Positions 48,919 through 61,804 are shown, counted from the stretch's first letter. The stretch is 64,000 bases of DNA from Camelus ferus (GCF_009834535.1 NC_045697.1:101310001-101374000), one strand, 5' to 3'. Numbers and translations: made by a program. The notes: a model not told the origin generated them from the sequence alone.

Positions 48919-51835
48919 ACAAGAGAGAGACACTCAAATTCTGCATGCACCCCACTCCTGCTAAGGTACTTGTGCTATGGTGGGTAAATGTTGAATTGAT
49001 GAATGATTGAATAAATAAATGAGGTGGCAAATTACAGCATACCTTTTATCCCCTACTGATTCTCATCTGAGGTGTGCAATAAGCAGTGCCCTTGTAAAGC
49101 AGTGTTTCGCTTAAGCAACAGTGCCTTTGCTGAGTAGCCCAGGTTAGATTTTTCTCCAATGACATGTGCACAGTGGCACAAAGCCAGTGGGTGACAGAAT
49201 CAGGCAATCTCCCTTTGGTGAACAGAGTGTATTTCAATAGTTGAAAAGTATTTGCTTTATAAATTAGTCCGTTTGAATTTAGATTTTATTCACCTTGAAA
49301 AGATGTAACGGGAGAGAAGGTTCTCAAGTTAGCCCTCATAAATACAAATAACAGCTAAATTGTAACTCTCACAGTACAAAGGAATCTTCTAGTCTTTTAG
49401 ATATTCCTTCAATGGCAATCTGAGAGACGCAAGGAGCCCATTCATCCAACGCCTGTCTACTCCACTCACCGATAGGGGTCAAGTGGATGACAGAGGGATC
49501 TCTTCTACAATCACAGTAAAGGGGAAAAATATCCCATGTCTGTGTGTGTACCTTTACACACAATAGTTATACAGTGTGTAAATACAGGCACACATATACA
49601 CCATGCACACATGAGAACTATTACATAGCACTATATGCAGATCAGTGACCATGTGACAGATACTGTATCCATGTTAATGAACATGGGTTAAGGAGGAGAA
49701 ACAGCTGTAGCGTAATGGAACGTGTAGCATGAGAGGAACTCAGAAGGCATCGTAAAGAGAATTTTTAAGGTTATGTAGGCTTTGGAATAAAAGAGAAAGA
49801 AGAGGGGGCATTCCAAGTGGCGCTTTCAGCACAGGGAAGGACAAGAATATTAACGGTACGTAATGAAGTAAGAAGAAACAAAGACGGCAAGAAACATAGG
49901 AGGGCAATCGATGCAAGAACTTGCATATCAGCAGGAGGCAATTCTAGATGATGCTATGGATTGCAGTCTTGGGAGTTTTCCTTAAAGTTTTCAAATGACA
50001 GAGCATCCCACAAAATCTAATATTCAGAAGAGTAAAGAACACCATGAACTTTTGCAAATGACAAAAGTCATCTAAAAAATCAGAGAATTCATAAAAGTTA
50101 TCGTAATGACTCTGTGTCAAGTAAATTCCTCTTTAAGAATTACTTTTGAATCCCTTCTCCATGAAACTGTTCAGTGACTTATTCTCTTTCAGTTTGGATT
50201 CCCTTTGGAAGCACGTTCGCCTGACATTGTAGCTACATTTCTGTAAAGCCCTGGACAGACGCTACACGAATTAGTTCAGGCCTTGCGACAATTACATCCC
50301 ACCTTTCATCACACCTGTGGAAGTATTCCTAAATCTCATTTAAATTCATGGTCATTAACTTATTAATTAACCTGTAAATTTGATGCTTTACTTTCCATCG
50401 TCACTTTACAGTAGTTTGTAAGAAATAATACAGAATATAATTTGTAACAAGCTCTTAAAATAGCAGAAGAATTGTATCCTTTAAAAATTTTTCAACGTGT
50501 ATTACATCTATAAAATGTTCCACAGCCAATTATAATAAACCACAATGAGGCCAACCTCTAAACAATGTATTTGTAACATTTCTTAGTGCCCCTAGGGCAT
50601 AAAGAATGCTGGACACTAGCCTTATGACAGTTTATTTTCAATTCTCAAAAAAGTGTTTATACTAAGCTTAGATTTCAACCTACAGTACACCAAACAATTG
50701 CTGAATCCTTAATATCCTATTTCAATTTCCTACAGGAAAGTTAAATGTATGTGAGAATAAAACTTAATATTCCTACATAATAAAAATAAATTACAAACAT
50801 GAAATATTCTTAATGCAAATTCAATCTATTTCCAGGACATACAACCTATGGAAAAATGGAACAGAATAACAGTCTCTATTTTTGTACCTAATTTTACTAG
50901 GTATAGAGAGGGATATTTAAACCGACTAGGCAAAATTGCCTCTACCTTTGGGTGGCAAAATTAAGAATATTGTGACTAACAGACATCCATAACTTTACAT
51001 AATGAAACACTACATGAAAACATATTTTAAAACGCTTTTATAAAAAGTCAAATGTAGAACTTTCAGGTATCTGCACACACAAAAGTGCCTGTTAACTCAA
51101 TAGGCTGCTTCCCAAACCCCACTGCCAGAGTTAAACACACACAAAATGAGTGTGTTAGTCATCATGCACAACTGAGGAAAGCTGAATGGTCTCATGGGTC
51201 TAAAAATAGCACCTTCACCAGTATGCCTTCTGCTTCTACTACTTGAACACTGGAATTTAAATGCACAAATCCCATTAGGGCAATAGAGGCAGAGTGTGCG
51301 AACATCAGCACTCTTGGTCTTATTCACGGGAATTTTTTTATAAAGTTGCAAACATCCCTATTTCAATGAATCCAAAGGACCAGCTAGAGAGGTGATGACA
51401 TGAACATTTCTCCCACCCCAGTTACTCCTTCACACCCCACTCCCAATCTCCATACAAACGCTGACACCCCAGAGCATAACCTCTTTGGAAGTGTTGTCAC
51501 ACCAAAGCACTTGGACTCCCCCTCTATTTGCATGTTGGGGAGAAGCAAATTTTGTTACTCTGGGTCCACAATGCTGGACATTCTGTCACGTTAATGGGAA
51601 TTTTCCTCCTTCACCCCAACTATTCCTTTACTACACTCAGTTTGGATTAAGTTTATCCATACCTTAAATAAAGAACATACAAGCCTAATAAAACTGGATA
51701 TATTAGTATGTGCATACCTCTAAAAAAAGAAAAATTTCACATGAATGCCTCGTGGACAGTCTGTGCTCCCTCCCTCCACTTTTATTTTTTATTTTAAAGG
51801 ACATGGATCCTCCACCCTCTGTAGTGTGTCCCTTT

Positions 51836-52386
51836 TGTTAGGTAGTTAGATAAGTCGAGGCACTGGGCAGATAAGGTGGAGGAGAGGGAGGATGGTCCAG
51901 AAGACGGCAGTATGCCTACCACCCACATAAAGGGGCTTTACTTCTAAATGAGTGCCAGCAAGAAACCAGTTAGAAGCCGACAGCCGCAACTGCGAGGTAG
52001 TGAGAAGGACCCAGCCAGACATGACCCAATGCTCACTGTAATACAGTTAGCATTGCAGTTTAGCCACACCCCCTCGTGGGCTTTTCTGTGTGCATTATGG
52101 GTAAGAACATGCACCAAGGGGCCAGACATAACTCAGCACTCCAGGGGCAAGAACTGTCAATCAGTCAAAAGACCACCTCACCTCTAAGCAAGGGTGTAAG
52201 ATAAGGGGCAAAAACAGCGCTTTTCCTCCCTGGATCAGCCCACCTCCCATTCTTGCAAGTGTACATTTCCTTTACTAATAAATCCTGTAAAATCTTTCAC
52301 TACACAGTGCTCCATCTCCAACTGAATTCCTGTCTTTGGGGTATGATAAAAACTGGGGTCTTTTCTCTTCCCCTTTTGGGATAACA
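51836..52386 (+). mobile_element. ERV1-class solo LTR, about 550 bp (MER50/MER4-group-like start)
   Basis: Termini TGTTA...TAACA, start tgttaggtagttagataag, AATAAA at 52277-52282, and higher GC than the flanks. No clear TSD. Confidence 0.8.
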
Positions 52387-53841
52387 TCTCTCTTTTTACT
52401 GTGTCATCTTCCATTGATTATCCCTCAACCAGCACTTTTCTACCATTCATCTCCTACGTCTGCATCACAGAGCTCAGCTTCAACTGAACTAACTCTTCTA
52501 CACATTGTCTAGGTATTAGCTCTCATCACAGTGTCTCTCTCTTTGGGCAGTCACAGCTAATAGTTCTATGCAAAAGGTAGCCCTCAGTTGACTTCATTAA
52601 CCATTTAAAAATACTTTATAGTTTGAATTCACATTTTAGTATAGATAAAACCTGAACAGAATGCCTAGAATGTAAAATCCCCTTTAGAGGAGAGAAGCTA
52701 TTTCCTTAAGGGGTTTAATATCTCCTTCAAAAAATTAACTAAAAGCCAAAAATAACTAGAAACACCCCAGTTTGTAATTCAGCCTAACAATTTACTTCTG
52801 CTCAACTGCAAATTAAAGTTCAGAAACCAGTTTTCTTCTGATGTTCATTAAATTCAAATGCTTCCTTTGTTTCGGCACTCATTTGTTCTTTAGAAATCAG
52901 ACAATTTATCAAAAACAGAACCCAATTAGTTCCAATTCTTATGTAGTCTAATACACATTTCAACCAATCCATGATGTGTGTCTATACATATAAAGTGGCA
53001 TCATATCTTCATAGCTATATAAGCAGATGGTATCAATAGATGGATTTAGTTCCCATCAGGATTCTAACCTTTCAGAAACTTTTCTATTAAAAACTCTTTT
53101 GAGATAGCAGCTTTATTCATAAAACATACACACATTTTATATCTGCATCTATGCTCCAATTTGTTTACACGTATATGTCATCAGAATATCTGCATGAGTG
53201 TTTACATTCTTAGGTCAACATATGTAAATAAATTACATAGCAATTTGAAAATTTAGCAACTAAATATGCAATCTATTGAACATAATCAGGCATGCTATTC
53301 AACAACTGTAAGATATAATTCAATCTTTCCAAAGAAAATATACATTTTGTGTAAGGGTGTCTTCATCAGACTCAATGAAGTTTTCTAGGAATTTGCACTG
53401 AAATTTTTGCCTATTCAAAAAATGACATGTAAAGACAACTGACTAATGCTTAAATAAAAGGAAAATCTTAATAAAAAAATCTAATTCTCTTACTGCCTAT
53501 CATTTGTAAATATGATACACTCACAGGAGTTATTTCCAAACAAAGAGAACACAATCTTCTAGTAGAGATCCTATCCATAAATCAACATAAATGAAAGATC
53601 AGTGTCAGAAAATGAACCACTATCCACAATGCTTTAAGCTAATGTATATTTTAAAATTTACTGTTTACATCCTAAACATGGTGATGAACCAAAATCATTC
53701 CTTCTATTTTTCAGATAACAATTTACTTTTTTGATAGATTATTCAATAGCTGAAACCAGGAATTAAGAAAAACCAACTAGTGGAATGTATGAAGGTTACA
53801 ATGACTAAAAACCCTAAAAATCAGTTCAAAATAAGCATTAC

Positions 53842-53904
53842 CTTGGTCTGACTTTTTATAAAGGACAGCAGATCTCTTGCCAGGTAACACCATTTCTTTA
53901 GGTT
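53842..53904 (-). other. Candidate 63-nt internal exon of an unidentified minus-strand transcript
   Basis: gttgtttttattaatctcttttctctttgcccacag|AACCTAAAG...CAGACCAAG|gtaatg: branch-like TTAAT, long pyrimidine tract, CAG acceptor and GT donor. Two frames are open (NLKKWCYLARDLLSFIKSQTK and PKEMVLPGKRSAVLYKKSDQ). Confidence 0.55.
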
Positions 53905-54794
53905 CTGTGGGCAAAGAGAAAAGAGATTAATAAAAACAACCTTTCTTTTACTCTTTAAATGCTTCTTAAAGAAGATTTATTAGTAAAAGAGGGCAGAGAA
54001 GAAAATCATTTAACAAAATATTCAACGTCCTTCAGCAGCTGCCTTGGGAACCACTTCCTTTAAATGCCAAATAACTTTCCCAAAGGTCCCCTCTCCCCTG
54101 CAGCTGAGAACATGGGTGACAGAGACAGATTCTCAACCCAACTTCTTTGCTTTGCTCTCTTTTCTCACATGGAAACAAGACTAGCACGTGAGCACAGAAA
54201 AGCATTAGCTTCAACCATTTCAAAAGATAAGATGTAATCCATGTGGGGACAGAACATTTACTTGGAATACAACTGGCTGAAATGGAATTTGCAATTATCT
54301 AAACTTACTTTCCTCCCTCCCCCAGTGAGTATGGGTTTTTAAATGTGCATGAAAGTTTGGATGTTTTTCTATTCCGTCTTTCCACAGAAATGATACAATG
54401 AGATAGTGTGGGATGACTCGGTAAATAATTGGTGATTACCCTCCTTATGAGATGCAATTTCAGAGATTTTCTATGCTGCGATGAGGAGGGAAGTACTTTG
54501 TAGAAGTCAAAAGTTATGAAAATATATCTTATTCCCTCCCTTAGCATATAACAGTCTTGAGGAGTATCCCATAAAAGATTTTATTGCATCATTATCTGAA
54601 TGTTCAGATTGGAGGATAAGAAATTCAAGTCTGAGCAATAGGTCTCCAGAAAGGACTGTCACGTAGATAGGTATTTTAAACTCACCCCTTAAGAAGTCAT
54701 TTGACTGAAAAAAACATATAAACAGTTAAAAGTAATGTTGATTAATTGACTTTAACAGTCATTATAAGAACAGTCATATAACTGCAATTACCAC

Positions 54795-54970
54795 AGCATC
54801 TTACTAGTGGTGTGAATTTAGGCAAGGAAATTAAAGTCTGTAAACCTTCCTTTTTCATCTGTAACATCGGAATGATAATTCTTCCTACTTCATAGAACTG
54901 ATAGGATAAAGAAATGAGAGAAATACATATACAGGAGCTAGAACTAAGAATGTTAGCTATTATAATTATA
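54795..54970 (+). mobile_element. MIR SINE
   Basis: cttactagtggtgtgaatttaggcaagg...ttttcatctgtaacatcggaatgataattcttcctacttcatag...aaatgaga. Confidence 0.7.
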
Positions 54971-55710
54971 AACATCATTATTAGCATTATTATCATTGTT
55001 CTCCTTATAAAAAAAAACCTTGCTGCCCTTTGAAAATCACTGCCCTAGTGAGCCACATGGTAGAATGATTTAAATCACATCATACTAGATGTTACTTAAT
55101 TTGCTTATTTATTATTAATCAGACTCTGTGATGGCAAAGGAAATAGAGTTGTTTCAGGTATTTGGGCAGGCAAGGGAAAAAGATGAAAAGCATTTCGAAG
55201 GGGTGAGGAAGCTGTCACTCCACTGCAGTGACTTCCCTGGACTTTGCTGAGGATTTTAATTTAAAGATGTCCTCCCAGAAATTGGGATATACTCCAACAT
55301 TCACTTAAAGCAAAAGGCCCCTGTCAGCTCTTGTGAATACTCAATCCAATTTAGAAAACACTTAGTGAGCCCCTACTGCAAGCCAGGGTCTATAACAGAC
55401 TTCAGAGAAACCATAATAAACAAAAAGGACTCGAGGAAAATACAGTTTAATGGAAGACACATTTGTAGACAATTATTTCAAGTAGTTTGTGAAAATACTA
55501 TCACTAAACAATACAGATGTGTTGAAGCCACAGAAAGGATTAAAAGAATATTCTGCCATCAGGTCATTTAAAAAATAATCTTAAAGAAAAGTTCAATCAA
55601 ACTAGCTGAACTGGTAAACACTGGCTGACCGTAGCCTGTCTGGTCTAAGAAGATCTCACAAAAGAGAAGGACTTGGAAAGACAAAGTCTGGCACGCAGGT
55701 AAGTAGGGAC

Positions 55711-56084
55711 ATAAGTTAAAATGACACTGCATGGAGTAGGGTACACCATTAATCCCCTATGACTGATGTCCTTATAACATGAGACACAAATACAAATTTA
55801 CAGAGAGAGGAGATATCACGTGAAGACAAAGACACAGAGGAAGACAATCGTGGAGACCTAGGGAGGCAGAGACTCGAGTACCTACAAGCCAAGGAATGCC
55901 GCCAACACTGGAGACTGAGAAAGTCATAAACATACGACCCTTAGAGCTTTCAGACAGAACATGGCCCTGTTGACATCTTGGCTTTGGACTTCTAGCCTCC
56001 AGAACGGTGAGAGAGCAGACATCTCCTGTTTCGAGCCACCCAGTTTGTGGCAGTTTGTTACAGGAGCTCCTGTTAACTAACACA
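55711..56084 (+). mobile_element. MLT1B/C-like MaLR LTR (5' part missing)
   Basis: tatgactgatgtccttataa...ctacaagccaaggaatgcc...atggccctgttgacatcttggctttggacttctagcctccagaac...agccacccagtttgtggcagtttgttaca...aactaacaca. Confidence 0.85.
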
Positions 56085-56880
56085 TCATCTTTGGAGCCAA
56101 TAAGCATTAGGGCCTTACCCATACCCTGATCACCCAGAGCTTTCAAAAAAAATCTTACATTTACATGAAGTCACCAAACATATCCTCAATTTAGAAACCA
56201 GAATACCCAGCTACATATAAAGAGCTGATTTAAACTTTAAATTGTCTACCTCCATGGCTAGGATCTGCTACAATGGAAACCACAGCCAAAAAAGAGGGTC
56301 CCATATTTTTTCCCCCAGGTCCCTCCTCCCCAGCTAATTAATGTTGGTTCCAATGCCTCTGGAGTGAAAGAGGGGAGGTGGGGAAAGAAGAGGTCAGTGG
56401 AGAAGGAAGGCTGACTTTCTGGTCACTGAGCTAGGCGGGCTCGTATGTATTTAAAGCTGATTCTCAACTTATTCCAGGTTCTCCTGCGACTGCTCCTGCT
56501 TCTCCAGTCACTGGGGTCCTCTCGTCTGTACTTGATGTGAGTCATTCATCTCACCTCATCCCTTACTCCACCCTCAGCTCCAAGTGGCACCTGAAGCTTC
56601 TATCAGTTGAGACCAGTTTGGTCACCAGGCAGCCTTTGGGGACAGGACCTGGACAGCCTCATGATAGCTTTCTCACACTCATGCCCACATCTGTTCCATA
56701 GGGAACCCCCTAACAAACCCCAGGGAAACAGGCTAATCCCAATTCAGCACCTCTCCTTCGCTCTGCCACGGACTGCCCACTAGCTCAATTCCTGGTCTTT
56801 AGACTCATCAGAAGCCAGTGCACTGTCTCTACGACCACCGCCAAAACTTCAAGGGACACATACTAAACTCTCACTGAGGA

Positions 56881-57020
56881 GGGGAGGGTATAGCTCAGTG
56901 GAAGAGCACGTGCTTAGCGTACATGATGTCCTGGGTTCAATCCCCAGTACCTCCATTAAAAAATAAATAAATAAACCTAGTTACCCCCCCCCAAATAAAC
57001 ACAAAAACAAAACAAACAAA
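56881..57020 (+). mobile_element. tRNA-Ala-derived camelid SINE, long form, with A and B boxes intact
   Basis: GGGGAGGGTATAGCTCAGTGGAAGAGCACGTGCTTAGCGTACATGATGTCCTGGGTTCAATCCCCAGTACCTCCA, then aaataaataaataaacctagttacccccccc and an A-rich tail. Degenerate TSD ending actgag. Confidence 0.93.
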
Positions 57021-58116
57021 AAACTTACTGAGTCTCCTTGACACACCACTTTTGAGCACTTATGTGGGAAACATGAAAACACCACACAGCCTACCTCCTT
57101 GTGGACGTTCCTAGGGGACCTTTGGGTCACTCCGAAGAAATCAGCCTTTAATTTCCAGATCTCCCACCCCTTTTGCATTAGGAATGTAGGCGGCATCTAA
57201 CTAGATCTCCAGCTCCTACTAGGGGACTTCTGCAACGTAATGCATCTCAAATACCACTTTGGTATCTGGTAGCTATTGCCTTAGGAGGTCAAAATTTTCA
57301 AATTTTACATCCTGTGTTATTAGTTTTTATAATTTGAGCTTTAAGAAAACCATGAGGGAGGCAGCTAAAAATTATAAAATATGTCTACTGGATTTTTTTT
57401 AAGTTTCCTGAGCATTCCATGAGTCTTACATTGTTCTTCAATATAATCCCTCCTATTCTGTCAGGCAGAGTGCCCAGGGGCCCCTGTGTTCTTCTCCCCC
57501 ACTTCCTTTCTCCATGTCTATTCCTGCTGGTTGTGGTTCAATTCTTACTTTTCAGCACCTTCCAAATTTACCACCCTGCCAAAGCTTGAATTCCAGCTTC
57601 TCCACAAATGATCTCCAGGTACTGTGGACTCTGTTGATTTTATACTCTCTGACCTTGTATAGTGAAAACAGTCAATGACTATCATTTACACTGCTTTCTT
57701 GGGTTGCGTTGTGCTGTCACGTCTTCCCAACTATATTTCAAGTTTCTAAAAGACCGTTATTGCACCTTCTGCCTCTCACCTATCCCCCTCAGTGCTTAAT
57801 TCAAAACTCAGCACGGGATGGAGATCCCTAGTAAGTACATAGCCACTTGCTATGTATTAGGTTCCTATTAATGAATATAAGTCAGAGTTAACATATATAG
57901 CATTAATATCTCACCATGTTCTATGATAGAAATTCTATTAAAAAAATCTTTCTGTTGTGCAAATTTAAAGAATATCTGAACAAAGTGATACATCAGATAG
58001 GAAAGAGATAGAGGTGATATGTGAGAAAGAGGACAGGTCAACATGTAACAAGGGCGCTATTATTTGGAAATATATCTACATGTAACGCTTTTGCATTTTT
58101 CTACGTAGGACCTCAC

Positions 58117-58151
58117 CTTTCTGCCAGGGGTAGCACTCGCCTCAAGTAGGA
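58117..58151 (-). other. Candidate 35-nt exon
   Basis: ctttcttattttattgatcttgtaactatcctag|TCCTACTTG...GCAGAAAG|gtgagg. Confidence 0.25.
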
Positions 58152-58914
58152 CTAGGATAGTTACAAGATCAATAAAATAAGAAAGGTGTTTAGAATTTGA
58201 CATCCAGCAAGAATTCTGAGTCCACAGCAAGACAATAGTCTTCTCTACCAGCTTTCCTTAGGAAAAGCAAGATTTTTAAAAACACAATCTTAGTTGCCAT
58301 TAACACATTAGAAGTCAGACCTATAGAACTAGATCACAGAATATGGCAGTGCCAAGAGTGGAGAAAGCATAGCGTGTGATGTAAAAGGATACGGAAAACG
58401 ACCCCAGGTTCAAGGGTCGTAGAGGACAGACAGAAGAGGAAGGGGTCAGACACGGAGTCATTATTTCCCCTCCTCTAAGTTAAAGCCCCACATGAACATG
58501 GTAATAGGAGCATTAGGACTAACAGATACTTTTCGGGGCACAGACTGAAGCAAACTCGGAGAAAACCAGCATTCAGCACTTCACATGACATAGGAGCAGT
58601 TAAGGGGCATCAGAGGAGGGAGGGAAGTGTCTAAGACGTGAACCTGAGACAGAACCCCACTATCCCCACAGCCACTGTGTGGTGTCCCAGGGAGACAGAT
58701 GTTCCCAAGAGCCCTGAGCAGGGGACACAGGAGTGCTGGGTGGGCTTGGCCTCCCCTACTATCTTCCCCCGAAATGAGATCATAAGAAACCCCTTGTCCC
58801 CTATAGTCACAAAGCTTCAAGGGGAAGAGTAGAAGGGAAAAAGTCTGAAAGCACAGCCAATGATCTAAAATCTAAGTCATCCACCCTCGATAAAAAGGAA
58901 CTAAATAGCATCTA

Positions 58915-59000
58915 GTCCAATGTCACCATTTTTCAGATGAGGAAACTAAAGATCGGAGTGGCAGACTCATTTATTCAAGAGTATTGTGCAGGTGAGGACA
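58915..59000 (-). mobile_element. MIR core fragment
   Basis: ccatttttcagatgaggaaactaaag. Confidence 0.55.
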
Positions 59001-59074
59001 AAGCAGAGGCAACAATGCCACTTTTTCTAGCACCTCCTGAACTGGTAACACACCTTCCTACACTCCCGTCTAGA

Positions 59075-59340
59075 TGGGTACTAGGGATGTAATGTACAAC
59101 ATGATAAATGTAATTAACACTGCTGTATGTCATATATGAAAGTCATTAAGAGAGTAAATCCTAAGAATTCTCATCACAAAGAAAAAATTTTTTTAAATTT
59201 TCTATCTATAGGAGATGACAGATGTTCACTTAACTTACTGAGGTACTCATTTCATGAAGTAAGTCAAATTATTATGCTCTATACCTTAAACTTACACAGT
59301 GCTGTATGTCAATTATATCTCAATTTTTAAAAAAAACTGG
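59075..59340 (+). mobile_element. L1 3' end, same subfamily as 34069-34278
   Basis: ctagggatgtaatgtacaacatgataaatgtaattaacactgctgt...agagagtaaatcctaaga...gatgttcact...tgtcaattatatctcaat. Confidence 0.85.
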
Positions 59341-59394
59341 AAGATCAATCAATCAATCAATAAAATCTCACTCTCACCCACAGAACAGGGGGAA

Positions 59395-60690
59395 AAAAAG
59401 ATCTGTTCATCAAATGATACCAGGTAGAGAATGAAATGGCAAGGCACTGAGTACAAGAAGAAACTCTTCAATACATATATCAGAAAATGACTGATATTCA
59501 GAATACTTAAATAAACTCCTACAAAGGAATAAGAACAAGGCAGACAACTCAATAGAAAAATGGACAAAAGACATAAACAGAAATTTCACAAAAGAGAGCA
59601 TTCAAATTTTCAGTAAACATGAAAATATTCTCAAGCCTAGTCCTTTGGAAATGCAAATTAAAATCTCCGTGAGATACCACTACATGCAGACAAATGTGGC
59701 TAAAATAAAAAGGACAGATAATATCAAGAGTTGGGGGGAAAAGGACACTATGAAGTCATCTACAAAATGGAAAAAGACTCGCAGAAATAGTGAATAATCT
59801 TACGGTTACCAGGCAAAGGGTGTGGGAAGGGATAAATTTGGGAGTTTGAGATTTACAAATGTTAGCCACTGTATATAAAAACAGATTTTAAAAACAAGTC
59901 TCTTAGGTAACTATGTTCAATATCTTGTAATAAACTTTAATGAAAAAAATATGAAAACAAATATAGGTGTGTATATGCATGACTGAGACATTGTATTGTA
60001 CATCAGAAATTGACACATTATAATTGACTGTACTTCAATTTAAAATAAGAGAGTGGACAAGAATATGGAACAATGATACCATCATATCCTGCTTGATGGG
60101 GGCAGAGAGTGGAAATCGGTGTAATTTTAGAAAACAGTTTGGTAGTATTTACTAAAGGTAGACGTATACACGTCCTATGGCTGGGCAAATTCTACTACTA
60201 GGTTTATAACCACTCTAAAGGCATATTATGGCTGCCGAAAATTATGTACAAGAATGTTCATAGTAGGACTCTTTACAATAGGGAAAAAATGGAAATAACC
60301 CAAATTCCATTAACAGAACAGATTAACAAGTTAAGATCTATTTATACAATGAAATGCTATACATTAATTAGAGTGAACAAACAAATGAACAGTTAAATAA
60401 ACAAAATGGATGAATATCACATGCAATATTTAGGGTAAGAAGTCATATGCAAGAAAGCACACACAACATGACAGCATTTATATATAATGTGGTGGGGTAC
60501 CTCTTGTGCAGTGCATAGCGACTTGGAGAGGACATAAGGGGAACTTTTGAGGTACTGATACTAGTCTCTCCTTGATCTGCCTTTTAGATCTTCAGTTGTG
60601 TTTACTTTGCAAAAATTTATCAAGCTATCCACTTAAGATCTGCTCACTTTCCATATGCATGTTATACTTTGATAAGTATTTTTTTAAATA
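59395..60690 (+). mobile_element. Old L1 (L1MC/ME-like) ORF2 end plus 3' UTR, interrupted by a younger L1
   Basis: atagaaaaatggacaaaagacataaacagaaatttcaca...gaaatgcaaattaaaa...gagataccactac; gtacaagaatgttcatag; atcaagctatccacttaaga. Confidence 0.85.
59735..60048 (+). mobile_element. Younger L1 3' end nested in the old L1
   Basis: ggttaccagg...gggataaatttgggagtttgagatttac...atcagaaattgacacattataattgactgtacttcaatt. The host L1 reads through on both sides, with an imperfect TSD aagagttgg/gagagtgg. Confidence 0.85.
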
Positions 60691-61804
60691 GCATTGGAAT
60701 CTCCACTCACCTGTCTGTCCCACTTGAAAAAAGGGCACAAATAAATTTTAAAGATGATCCTTGATTTTAAAGATGATTGGGAAGAAATAAAAGAGCAGAT
60801 TTCGGTCTGCAAATGTTTTTCCTCAGCAACTACAGGTGCGATAACTCAGGATGACAACTAGAGACAGAACACTCGTGTTTTCCCTGGAACACAAGCCATT
60901 TTCTGTATTTTTAACCAATAACAGTCCTCCTAAAATTGCTTATTCATTGCTGATTTTGTTTACTAAAAGGGAATCTAGCATAAAATGTATGCATATTCCA
61001 TTTTAAAGCATATCTGTATATTTAACAATACATATGTTTGAGACTTTTTTTTAATTTGGGCTACATTAGCCAGGAAACATCTAGAGACCGATTTGAAGTG
61101 TTATACCTGACCTTTGAAAGTATTTCCTTTTGCAAATACTAAAACTGCTACCAGCTGGATTCCTTTCTAATTTCCCCTTTGCTTATTTTATGAAACAATT
61201 ATTTCAGACAAGAAAAACACAAACATAAAAGGTTTAGAATGTCAGGTTTTTGGAAGTGTCTGCATTTAAACTTTGGAAAGAAAAAAAAGAAATACAATTA
61301 ACACCTGTTTACCTCTGTCTACAAGCAGTGAGATAGAAAAAGCTTTCTCTTCTCTGAATTAAAATTATACCTAGATTAAGTATCAATAATGAAAACCCAC
61401 AAAAGTAATAATCAAAGTCCAAGCACTTGAAATGTATGCTTAATCTATATCAGAGGAAAGGCAGAAATAAAATAACGATAAAAGGCCACATTCCGTGTTT
61501 AAAACATACAGAACACTTAATATTGGGAATAATTAATTTCTACCTTTTTGTTTTTCATTATTTAGACCTTTTGCTTAATTGATGAAAACATTTTCTCTAA
61601 ATGATATACTCTAATTTCACTGATAATTTTATTTACTTAATCTTAAATTTTCATTTTCTGTTGTTTATTCAAATAATCAAATATTTTCCCATAGGCAATT
61701 TAGCAATAAAATGAACTCAAGAAAACTTCTACTTTTTGAAAACTATTTTTAAAATTCTTAAGCTGAATTAGAAGTACCTTATTATTATTATTGTAATAAT
61801 AAAA

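Noticed and set aside
56881..56955. Apparent tRNA-Ala(AGC) gene (also at 21541, 27161 and 39188)
   Set aside because: The stems are mismatched, each copy has an A-rich tail and TSD-like flanks, and there are multiple diverged copies. These are SINEs, not tRNA genes.
34069..59340. Similar 200-bp sequences at 34.1 kb and 59.2 kb suggesting a segmental duplication
   Set aside because: Both are independent insertions of the same L1 3' end. The first has its own TSD and the flanks are unrelated.
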